Assembly: GCF_964204645.1 (NCBI RefSeq)
Contig: NC_134032.1
Span: 3,124,175 to 3,188,174, forward strand
Direction: 5' to 3'
DNA: 64,000 nucleotides
From: Tubulanus polymorphus
Lineage: Eukaryota > Animalia > Nemertea
Below the pieces are notes generated by a model. That model had not been told where the DNA came from, did no database searches, and saw nothing but the letters and a program-made list of their open reading frames with translations. Each line of letters starts with the position of its first letter. Within the stretch, counting starts at the first letter, position 1. Shown piece after piece: positions 1-11,176 of this stretch. Position numbers and translations under genes: made by a program.

Positions 1-185
1 GCTGATAACTGCTGTAAGACGAGTTCATCCATCCAAATGTCTCCGGTTATCCCAAACACCGGTTAATGGCCCGATCCGTTTCTGTCCAATTTACCGCGAA
101 AACTTGCTTATTCTACCACCTGAAAACAGGAATAGTATGAGTTAGCAATATATCTAACACCGGTGTTTTTATATCATTCACTCCA
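1..185. repeat. Dispersed repeat, copy of 2298-2481
   Basis: Near-identical sequence gctgataactgctgtaagacgag...atatcattcactcc at both positions. Confidence 0.85.
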
Positions 186-276
186 TTCACTATTGGACTG
201 TCGTCTGCTAATTTTGAGTTCTATTTGACTGTCGTCTGCTAATAATCGAGCTGGTTTTTGCTTTTTATTTATAGGT

Positions 277-935
277 CGTATCGAGCCTGATGCCGAGGTA
301 TCGGGAGACACAATATATAAGTCGTGAATGAAAGATGTTATGTCGGATACAGGAACTGATACTTCTAGATGTGGGAGTCATTCAACTCGGGCAGCGGTTG
401 CTTCAGCTGTTGAAGCAGCTCGATGCGAACACTTTCAGATGGTCGTACTGCGAAGACACGTTTGCACAGTTTTATAATAAGCCGATGATCGGAACTTCTG
501 AGAATACTCTGGCGAGGATCTGCACAACTGTAGTCGGTACGGGCTTTTGATTTATCGATGAAATGAATTTTTCATTTGAAATCTCGTAGAATTTCGTGTG
601 AATTGTGGAAATGAGTAGAATTATACAATTAAACACGACTTACCCGTAAAATTACACAATAAATGAATTGACACCTAAAGAGTTTATTTAGAATATTAGA
701 AATATTGCAGGTGTTTGCTAAGATCCTTCTTCGGTCTAGAAATATGCATTTTCAGACCGAAGAAACCCGAAATATTTCTAATATTTTAGATTAACTTTTA
801 AGCTATCAATTCATTTGTCATTGGATTCTACTCTTATTGATTAACCTCGGGTATTGCCTGATCTACAACTGAGACTTACCCGTATAAGGAGAAGTTTGAT
901 GGTAATTCTACGAATGACCACAAACACGAGGAATG
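277..935 (+). mobile_element. Degraded DIRS-type retroelement: C-terminus of a tyrosine recombinase plus terminal region
   Basis: Frameshifted translation gives MKDVMSDTGTDTSRCGSHSTRAAVASA (HxxR) then WSYCEDTFAQFYNKP (catalytic Tyr), the typical DIRS YR C-terminus; gacttacccgta is duplicated around an internal insertion at ~650-870. Confidence 0.65.
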
Positions 936-940
936 ATACA

Positions 941-1140
941 AGCGACGCAGTGGCCGAGTTGGTTTAAGCCGCCGGTCACTGGTCTCGTCAATCCAGGGTT
1001 TACGGGTTCAAACCCCGGTGGCGACAGAGTTTCTCGGTCGAAGGTTCTTCTTCGGTCTCTCCCCCATCGGGAGAAAGAAACGTGGAACCCGCTTTTAATG
1101 CCCTGCGTGGCGCTTAGCGGGTTGAAAAAAAGATTTTAAA
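941..1140 (+). mobile_element. tRNA-derived SINE
   Basis: A box TGGCCGAGTTGG, B box GGTTCAAACC, non-tRNA body and A-rich tail. Confidence 0.7.
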
Positions 1141-3169
1141 AATTATACGTCCACGCCAGATTACGGCCCTTCCTCGTGTGTTAGCATTTCTCATTGTGTT
1201 ATGTATGATTTTCTATTTTAGGCGGAGTTTGATTCGTGATTGACAACTCATTCAGACGTTTAATCCGTGAATTGATTTCGCCTTCTGTGAATAGTGCTGG
1301 ACGGAAGTGGATCTCAATCTCCTCAAACACAGGTAAGACCGGTTTAATTGTATAAATCTAATCGGTAATAAGAGACCAGTCTAATCTCTATCCTCCTGTC
1401 TGTCGTGTGTTTTAGTAAATAGTACATGTATTTGTATATATTGTAAATAACCTTGTTATGTTTTTCATTGAAATGTTTTTATTTTTCTCTTAATTCGTGA
1501 AAATATTTGTAAACAAATCGCAAGAAATTCAAATTTTATCAGTAAACGCCAATAAAATTATAATGTTATGAGTGAACGGAATAGGTAAAATAATGTATTA
1601 GGAATTAGGAACTTTTCTCGATAAAATATAACAAAGTTGTTAATGATACAAACATCCACTATTTACAATATATCAACTATTAGAGGGATCTATAAACATC
1701 TAATCCTATTTTGATGAATTTATTAAACTGGTTTGTAGGATGTTTTGAGATATGTATGCGTTATCCAGCTAGTGCTGCCGTCTACAGTCAATTCAACTCA
1801 CTAAATGATCCACCGTTTGAGAACACTCATAAAAATACACTGCAAGTGACAACTTCACAGTAAGATTTACAGACACTAGAAAGAGACTAGAAACAAAGTG
1901 AGAAAACTGAACTACAGAATGATATGAAATGAGCCACGTTATGACTACATGAAATTGGAACTACTGTCAATCCTGGAACAACCTCGACCAGATAATCCTT
2001 AGAAACATAAACCAATCCTCATAAACGGAACACTAATATTCGTATGCTATGTTATTCTGAAGCTTATTTCACACAAGTTTTAATACAAAAATATACGAAA
2101 CAAATATCAGAAATAGCGGATATATGTAAATCCATCAAATGTATCATCGTTAACCCTGAAAGTGCGGTTAGGATCTGATGAAATATCGCAGATGGAAAGT
2201 TTTTCCAGAATTCTAAATTTGGATTCTGGGGCTCAATTTCATAGAATGAATCTACACCTCGGAATTCTACTCTGAAAACTGGTTATTCGTGTTTCCCGCT
2301 GATAACTGCTGTAAGACGAGTCCATCCATCTAAATGTCTCCGGTTATCCCAAACACCGGTTAATGGCCCGATCCGTTTCTGTCCAATTTACCGCGAAAAC
2401 TTGCTTATTCTACCACCTGAAAACAGGAATAGTATGAGTTAGCAATATATCTAACACCGGTGATTTTATATCATTCACTCCGTAGGTGTTTAACGATCAG
2501 TCTGGATTTTTTCGAATATTCGCCTTGGATAATCGGTGACTTTTAGTTAGCTACTCGCATCAAAAATGACGTCATTCTGTGACTCAGCAAACAACACGCG
2601 CGATACATGCATCAGAAATTATATTATCCTAGTTTTAAAAATTTCTATTAACAAATATTTCTAGTTTAGTAATAACGAAATATCTACGTGCAAATTAGTA
2701 ATTAGAATTAATTCCAAAAAAATAGAAAAAAATATCATCGACTTTTCTAAGGTACGATGCGGGTTTGAGTTTGGAAATAAAACGGTAACAAACTCTCAGA
2801 ATTTGCTGGATTGAGTTCGGCTACTAGAGTTGGGTCTAAGTGGCTACGCGTGGTTACACCATCATCTTGTTTTAAATATAGGCGATTGTCGCCGCATTAA
2901 ACATCCCGGACGTAGCTTTTTTAAGAAGTTCTTTAAATGCGCTCTTATATCATATGAGGGTTTGTAATGTTGAGTTATAAATATAATCTGAATTCGGGTG
3001 TATATAGTTTTTTTTTTTAGCGACGCAGGTTTGTGAACGGAGATCATAACCGATAAGTAGGCCTATATCGAAAGGGTGAAATTTTCTGGAAAACTTTTGA
3101 GTCTTTCCAGAAATTTCCAGGAACTGTTTAGCATGAGATTGCTTTTGTATTATCTGGTTTGTATTATTT

Positions 3170-3260
3170 GACTCGGGTCTGATCCGTGCCAATTTGACCC
3201 GAGCCTGATCCGTGCCAATTTGGCCCGAGCCTGATCCGTGCCAATTTGGCCCGGGCCAAA
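3170..3260. repeat. Short tandem repeat (~26-27 bp, x3)
   Basis: ctgatccgtgccaatttg(a/g)ccc repeated. Confidence 0.8.
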
Positions 3261-5189
3261 TCGTCTCCGTGTGATCGCGACTTATGTCAACTATCGACTG
3301 GTTAACTCTTAGCCAATCTTTCAGCATCTGCTGCTCCTGATATAGTTATGGTTATGTGTAGAAATCTATAGTTTATTTGATTGCTATAACAATTGAAAGT
3401 TAATTATGGTTTTGCAGAGAAAGAAAGTTAATTATCAAAAAAAAGATGAAGTTTCGATTTCAAAATTGAAAGTGTGTTTAAACAAAAACGTTTTTTAGTT
3501 TAATCCGAATGATTAGAATAAATCACAACGCAGCAAAATTAAGATAATATTTCCGAGGATTTTTTGAACGCTCTTCAGAGACAATGATCTCTTGTATCAT
3601 TCCCGAAATAGTGACAATATACAAGGAAGGCGCAGCTAGTGTGAAATGTGACAAGATGATGATTTTAATAGATGCGGGTGTTTTATTATACAGCCATCAT
3701 TTATCATTTATGCGCGCTTCAGACCGCAAAGTATCACGTGATAATTATTCGCACATTCATTGGCTAGTCGATGACTCGCTTGTCGACGGGCGTTTCCAGC
3801 TCCAGCTAGCACACGACCGCAATTTCCCAATATCAGGCGCGGATCCAGAGCCATTCGGTGACTACAGCACAGTGAAAAAAGGGCACCAACTTTGAAAAGG
3901 GCCAGTATTAATGCCCAGCGAGCGAGTTTGAGTTTGAGTGCCATTTATTGGTATCATGCCACTTAATTTGCCTTAACATTCAATTTGCTTGTGCCTTTTT
4001 TAGATTTTTGGCGAAATTTGCCCATTTTCGATTAGATTTATAGAGCAACAATAATGTCTCTTTTAGAATAGAGCCTTTTGAGTAAAGGAAAATGCCTTAG
4101 ATCGATTGCCTTTTTTGATTTTGGTCAATTTATTTTCATTCACATTTTGCTTTAGTCCTAGTACAGAAAGGTAATTATTTTTTTATGGCTCACAAATTGT
4201 GTGCCTTTTTATTTACTTTTTCCCGAAACAAAAATTTTCGAGGGCATTTGAAAACTGCGACTACCGCACGTGCTGCATGTGCGATAGTCTGGATCCGCGC
4301 ATGAATATCAAACATGTTTGATATTGGGGCGCGACGCGGAGTAAATCCTCTCGACGACGAGCGATTTCTGTCGCCGGTTGCCGAGCGGTTGCGTGGGCCG
4401 GGCTTTAGGTTATTTCGAAAATAGTGACCATTTACAAGGAAGGCAAGATGATAAATAGATTCTGGTAGATATCCAGCCATCCTTCCTTTATCATAGAGTA
4501 TTTCAATTCAGATTACGAAGGTCCAGGATTTATTCTATACACTTAATGTAACTAGTATAAAGATAGAATGGATGATAGTAGAAATATGATTAGAAAATAA
4601 CCGCGTCTAATTAATGAACTAATGAAAGACAATAAGCATTGAATGGAAACTCGTGTTGATTTAGGGGCAAATAATTCGACTGTTTGGACCTCGCAGATTG
4701 ATTCTCGACCTGAGGGGAATTTGGTAATAACGTGAATTAATTCGAAAGGGTTTTAGAAAACGCAAATATATCAGTGAAGCATTTTGAATCCACGCAACTC
4801 GAGCAGGAATCGAAATTGATTATTATACATATAAAAATCTCTCAATTTATCATTCATTTTTTGGCAATATCGACTGTGATATAAGGAAGCTATGTTCAAT
4901 TATCCGCCAACCTTCAAGCCCCTATCCCTCTAGATATTTCAATCAGAGACGATTATGTGTTCTCGTTTTCAAAAGTTTATTATTAGAGTGCGTCAATAGA
5001 GAGAGAGAGAGATAATGATCCCGGGTCATTCACAAAATAACGTCTCGTACAAGGAAGTGAAATTATCTGCCAAAAAACGATGGTTTCCTATGCTATAATA
5101 CAACGCAGTTTTCTCATTCAAAAACATATAATGTCATATTTATGAACATTCAGCTGATTTGTGATCAACTCAAAACGAGTTTATTTTGG

Positions 5190-5790
5190 TGAACGGAAAA
5201 AATGGCCAAGGAAAAAATGGCCACGGAAAAGACGGCCAAGGAAGATTAAATGGAAAACTGACTGTCATTTTATTAACTAACACGAAATCAATTGCATTGA
5301 TGTTTTCCGATGTTTTGGCATGTCACTTTTCGAGATTATTAGACCAATTCCTGAATTATTTTAGGTAAATTTACATTGATCATATCTCACTTTGATGTTA
5401 TCAGACACTGCACCAATTTGCTGTATCACACAATTTCGATGCATTTACCTTTGATGATTTATGACAGTCTGTGCCCTAATAGCTTACTTAGATGTTTTAA
5501 ATAATCAATTTAGTTATCTTATTAAGTTTAAGTTCATCACTAGTAAGTTTATCCATTGACCACTTGCAGGATAGTTCTTGATATATTCATTATATGTAAT
5601 GAAATGAAATGTAAGTTCATCACATTTCTGAACTCATTACTACCGTTATTAATTGTTTTAAGCCCCATGAAAAATAAATGATGTCTTTAAATTGAAAGTT
5701 TAATGTTTTTATTAACATTGGCAGTAGTTCACATACATTTTCCTTGGCCTTTTTTTCGTGGCCATTTTTTCCTTGACCATACATCCGTTA
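5190..5790. mobile_element. Non-autonomous TIR element (MITE-like)
   Basis: aacggaaaaaatggccaaggaaaaaatggccacg at the left and ttccttggcc...ggccatttttttccttgaccatacatccgtt at the right; lies within a duplicated block (4911-5125 vs 5955-6245). Confidence 0.6.
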
Positions 5791-6337
5791 TTTTTACCCC
5801 ATTGCCTCGCTCAACAAAAACTCCAAAAATCTAAATCGGTTGAAATTTCAAAACTGGATAAAGGTTGAAAAATTATTTTCTTAGATCTTAGATCCCGATG
5901 TATATGACAAAGTTAAATCTAACCCTCTCTCAATTTTATGTGTTCTAGTTTCCAATAGTTTATCAGAGTGCGTCAATAGAAGAGGAGATAGAGAGAGAGA
6001 TAATGATCCCGATCATTCACAAAATAACGTCTCGTTCAAGGAAGTGAAATTATCTGTCAAAAAATGATGGTCTACTATGCTATGATACAACGCAGTTTTT
6101 TCATTTAAATAAAAAGATCTCAATCTCTGAAATGATCGCAAATCGTCTGAAGGTTTACCCCAACCTCCCCTAGGGTATATATGACTTCTACTGGTCCTAC
6201 CCCTCAGACCTACCCCTCTAGATATTTCAATCAGAGACGATTATACACGTTTAAGTATTTATTAATATCGAGAGATTCTCACAATAACGAAGCCAAGATT
6301 GGATAATTCTATATCAGAAAGATTATTATATTTGAGG

Positions 6338-6380
6338 AGCGACGTTTCGGCTAACAATTGTTAGCCATCATCAGGCGTAC
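6338..6380 (-). ncRNA. Minimal type-I hammerhead ribozyme (Penelope type)
   Basis: Minus strand gtacgc CTGATGA t ggctaacaattgttagcc GAAAC GTC gc: conserved core, palindromic helix II, GUC cleavage triplet. Confidence 0.7.
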
Positions 6381-7337
6381 AATTGTTAGCCATCATCAGG
6401 CGTACTGTTAGCCATCATTAGGCGTACTGTTAGCCATCATCAGGTGTACAAATGTTAGCCATCATCAGGTGTACAAATGTTAGCCATCATCAGGCGTACA
6501 ACTGTTAGCCATCATCAGGTGTACAACTGTTAGCCATCATCAGGTGTACAACTGTTAGCCATCATTAGGCGTACTGTTAGCCATCATCAGGCGTACTGTT
6601 AGCCATCATTAGGCGTACTGTTAGCCATCATCAGGCGTACTGTTAGCCATCTTCAGGTGTTCAACTGTTAGCCATCATCAGGCGTACTGTTAGCTATCAT
6701 TAGGCGTACTGTTAGCCATCATCAGACGTACAACTGTTAGCCATCATCAGGCGTACTGTTAGCCATCATCAGGCGTACTGTTAGCCATCATCAGGCGTAC
6801 TGTTAGCCATCATCAGGTGTACTGTTAGCCATCATTAGGCGTACTGTTAGCCATCATTAGGCGTACTGTTAGCCATCGTCAGGCGTACTGTTAGCCATCA
6901 TCAGGCGTACTGTTAGCCATCATAAGGCGTACAACTGTTAGCCATCATCAGGCGTACTGTTAGCCATCATAAGGCGTACAACTGTTAGCCATCATCAGGC
7001 GTACTGTTAGCCATCATTAGGCGTACTGTTAGCCATCATTAGGCGTACAACTGTTAGCCATCATCAGGTGTACTGTTAGCCATCATTAGGCGTACTGTTA
7101 GCCATCATTAGGCGTACAACTGTTAGCCATCATCAGGCGTACTGTTAGCCATCATTAGGCGTACTGTTAGCCATCATTAGGCGTACAACTGTTAGCCATC
7201 ATCAGACGTACAACTGTTAGCCATCATCAGGCGTACAACTGTAAGCCATCATCAGGCGTACAACTGTTAGCCATCGTCAGGCGTACAACTGTTAGCCATC
7301 ATCAGGCGTACAACTGTTAGCCATCATCAGGTGTACT
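6359..7337. repeat. Minisatellite of 22/25-bp units derived from the hammerhead half-core
   Basis: About 40 copies of tgttagccatcat(c/t)agg(c/t)gtac(aac). Confidence 0.95.
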
Positions 7338-7593
7338 GAGAATAAAATCAAATAACAGGATATTTATACTAGAATATGACAAATGATTAAGATTAAAGGA
7401 TTAAGATTAAAGTAATTAAATAACAAAAACCGGAACACTAAGGAAGAAAACAAATAAGGCAAATGACAAATTAAGGGGATGTAGTGCGAGATTAAAGTAA
7501 TCTAAAAACAAAGCCTGAGGGTTCGAAGGCAGACAAACTAAGGGGTAATCAGACAAAAACAAAAGGCAAGCACATCAAAGGGATAATGAAGGA

Positions 7594-7720
7594 ATGAGTG
7601 AGTGAGTGAGTGAGTGAGTGAGTGAGTGAGTGAGTGAGTGAGTGAGTGAGTGAGTGAGTGAGCGAGTGGTCAGGTGGGTGGGTGGGTGGTTGAGTGGGTG
7701 AGTGAGTGAGTGAATGAGTG
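7594..7720. repeat. (GAGT)n microsatellite
   Basis: Directly visible. Confidence 0.95.
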
Positions 7721-9072
7721 GAAGTGTCGAACGGAGGAAAACAAGCTAACAGGATTAGAATAATGAGGGTACAAGTGAAGCGAGAAATTTAGATCAAAAT
7801 ATTGTGAGGAGTAAAACCATTATTCAAATTAACACATTTATCCATATTTTCAATAATTAGGGCAGATTCCGTAATGTGACGTTTAGTTTTATCGGGACAG
7901 GGAAAGATTATAGCGGCATTATCAAAATCAAAATTATGACTAGACGTTCATAAATGTGATTAGCTAATCCACTCTCGGGTTTGAAATTTTTGACGTCATT
8001 TTTATGTTCTCTGAGGCGCTTGTTCAAATCACGCCCGGTTTCACCAATATATATTTCACTACATACTTTACAAGGTATCTTGTATACACCAATGTTTAAA
8101 GGTTCCGTTTTGCAGGAATTTTGAGTTAAGTTATGACTAAGTTTATTATTGTAAGTGTAAATGAGCTGTTTGTTAATGGGTTTTTGATTTTTCCAAGAAA
8201 GGAACAAAAGGTACGACGATGGGCTGTTTCTGAGGGCGCGAAACTCGAGAATTACAAAAATGAGTGCGACGGGCTCGAAAAAGAGCTTTATTCAAGAAGT
8301 CGTTAGGATTAGCTTACTTATTAAGGGGAATTCCTGATCTGAGTGAGTGTTATGAAATGAGGATTTTACACTATAGTTTCAATATCAGATGTATATCTTA
8401 TGATTATCAGTAAAATAAAAACAATTTAAGTAGATACTCTATTGATTTAGTAATTACCAACTTTGGAGAAAGACAATTAATATCATCATAGTTCTGAATA
8501 GTATATTGTAAGTTTGGCACTCTCTCACATGTCAGTTTTACGCTTATGTCAACTCTAGTCATCACTTAAAAATACCTAATTAACATTTTTGAGATAGTTC
8601 AGAAAGCCCAGTCCAGTTCGTTTCAGTTGAGTTCAGGATAGATCATCATCATCATCATCAATATCACGGACTTATGGAGGCCTGTTGAGGCCTATTGGTG
8701 TCCGGCTGGTTTGGTAATTTACATAAATTTAGGTGATATTTAAAGTATTTCTCAATGCTCATAGTTTGATATGCACCTAGCCCATCTTAAAGATGGGCGT
8801 TAAATGTTCTTAAGATCAGTTAGAATGGTTGCCAAGTATTGTAACATTACATGACTAGTTAAAAATATTGATATCAATAATCTATCATTTCGAGTTTAGA
8901 TTTTAAAGAATAATAAAGTTATCTATATATAGTTAATAAGTTCTAATAGTTTTTTGGAGAAAGACTATTGAGATTAGTTATCCATACTCAAGTTATCTAA
9001 ATAAGTTTTTCTCAGTTATTTCCACATTGATAAAAAAAAATGTGATATCAATATTTAGATATATCATGAATA

Positions 9073-9838
9073 TTATAAATTAAGTGTCGTTTTTGATATA
9101 TTGTTCTGTTCCGGTACACATCCATGCTGTAGTTGGGTTCCACTCTTCTTCTTGACATGCTGTTGTTGCTCCTTTTTTGTTCTGTTCTTAGCTAACTGGA
9201 TCCCGTTGAGTGTTGCAGGTTCGGACCTTTTTAATTTTATATAATTCTCTACGCATTGAACCCGATCATTTACACTGGTAAATATCACTCTAATAGGAAG
9301 TGGTCTCGTTTGATTTTCATTGCCAATTCTTCTGATGTCTCTTAAGTTGACTGCACCAAGTTTAATGATACCATTTAGAAATCTTTCCACCCGAGAAAAA
9401 AAAATGATCTTATTATCTGATTCAGGTATGTTATATATGATAATGTGTGACTGTCTCTCATCATTGGAAGAGCTATTTGAAACACTGATTTCCTCAGTCG
9501 ATGTTTTTGTTGAAGTGTTAAATCCAGCTTCCATTTTATGGGTAGATTTCTTGAAGACCATATTTTCACCCTCAATCTGCTTAATTTGATTTGAAAGAAT
9601 ATCGAGATTTTTTGAGTTTGTATCCAATAGTCTACTATGGGTCTTGATTTTTTTCTCTGATGTCAGCTATGCATTTATTTGTTTTATAGCTTTCTTTTGC
9701 AGAAACTTCTTGATGTATTTTGGTAATCCGGGATTCTAAAATTTCTATAGCGTTGAAGAATATTTCTCTCATGTTCTTTATCTCCAACTTAATGGTCTCC
9801 ATCTCTTGAAATTTCTGCTCAGTTTGAAAATCAGTCAA
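9073..9838 (-). mobile_element. LINE (CR1/L2-like) ORF1 relic
   Basis: Coiled-coil N-terminal part followed by RQSHIIIYNIPES...RRIG...RPLPIRVIF (RRM-type ORF1); interrupted by a stop. Confidence 0.6.
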
Positions 9839-10439
9839 ACATCGACTACACAGATATTTTACCGGCAGATTCTCTGCATTTTCAGCTGAGTTGGAGCAGT
9901 TATTACAAATTGACTGACTGAACTTGGAACACTGGACGATCTCGTTTTCAAAATTAAACAGACGGTTACATTTAGAACACGGTACATAGTTTCCCCATTC
10001 ATCATCTTCTTCTGGTGTTGTTGAAGCAATATTCAGAAGAACCCCTGTGTATTATTTAACATTGTCCTGCTAAGTTAGATGGCAGGAAGATGTTGTTTCT
10101 GTTAAATATGTAGAAGTTACATGGAGCTTAGACGTTCATTCTTCCTTCCATCCCCATGGTCACTAGGCAACCTCAGATCGAAACAGGGCCGACCTGCGAG
10201 TCGCGAGCTTTGACATACATCAGATAAATTATATTCACGTCAGATCATCGTAAATATACTAGTTAGTATTCTCCTCGTCTGGGTTCGGATTTTAAGAGAC
10301 GTTCGACAAATGATCGCTTCCGATAGTAGAGCACACCTCTTTAATAGTCTCTCTACAACAAACGCACGGTATCAACTGGTCGATCGGCACGAAAGGACAA
10401 CCTTTCTGCTGATCGTGGAATTGGATGAAAATACAATTT

Positions 10440-10712
10440 ACGTCTATTCGTTCCATGAGTTCATCATCGTGAAAAAAGGGGGTCGCAAATCCTAAAAGCG
10501 CAAAGAAATAATCCCTGAGCAACGCCGAGTTTTATGCTATAAGTGGTAAAGGGAAAATAATGCAAGTAGGATCCAGAATGAGTGGGTTTCCTATAAACTG
10601 AGAATTTCAAACACGACAAATAATTATGAATGCACACATCTAAAAATGGGATTTTTCCATCAACTTCCAATTCAAATGTGAAGTTCAACGAATTTTTCAA
10701 TCTTAGCTTCAT
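10440..10712 (-). mobile_element. Penelope-like reverse transcriptase fragment
   Basis: FTFELEVDGKIPFLDV...FSVYRKPTHSGSYLHY is the PLE RT C-terminal/thumb region. Confidence 0.85.
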
Positions 10713-10717
10713 TATTG

Positions 10718-10882
10718 GGGGTCATTCATTTATTACGTACACATTAGGGGAGGGGGAGGGTGTCAGTGCAATTGCGTACTGTAATGCTTAATGTATATGA
10801 AAAAATGGCCGATTTTGCGTACAGAGGGGGAGGGGAGTTGAAAAATTCAAATTCTATGCGTACGTAATAAATGAATGATCCC
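10718..10882. mobile_element. MITE
   Basis: TIR ggggtcattcatttattacgtac / gtacgtaataaatgaatgatccc. Confidence 0.75.
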
Positions 10883-11176
10883 TGGTGGGATTTCTCTCGT
10901 CATCATCATACACGGATATTGTGAATCTTCTCGTCTAATTTATTAATATCCGCCCTGATAGTTGTTAAACGATGATTCTTCCTTATATGGACATGTTTTT
11001 GTAGAAGGAAGTGAAATTTTCATATAAAAACGTTGGTTTCCTAATAGTTTAACGCACAGTGCGACGCAGTTTTCTGATTTATAAAGTTGATGATATCGGT
11101 GTCCGTGTGAATATTATATAAACACAGTTTTTGTTAGTGGTTCACAGTTAGTTGTTTAGTATCGATAAGTCTCAAT

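Larger units (their letters stand above)
6250..8300 (-). mobile_element. Penelope-like retroelement 3' relic (GIY-YIG endonuclease, pseudo-LTR with hammerhead)
   Basis: ORF 7908-8207 has GVYKIPCKVCSEIYIGETGRDLNKRLREHK (PLE GIY-YIG), frameshifted; hammerhead motif downstream on the same strand. Confidence 0.85.

Noticed and set aside
941-1025. Functional tRNA gene
   Set aside because: A and B boxes are present, but the cloverleaf is poor and the sequence runs into a SINE body and tail
1222-1332. Exon-like segment with good splice sites
   Set aside because: Stops in all three frames; at most a non-coding exon
6359-7337. CRISPR-like array
   Set aside because: No spacers; explained as a hammerhead-derived minisatellite
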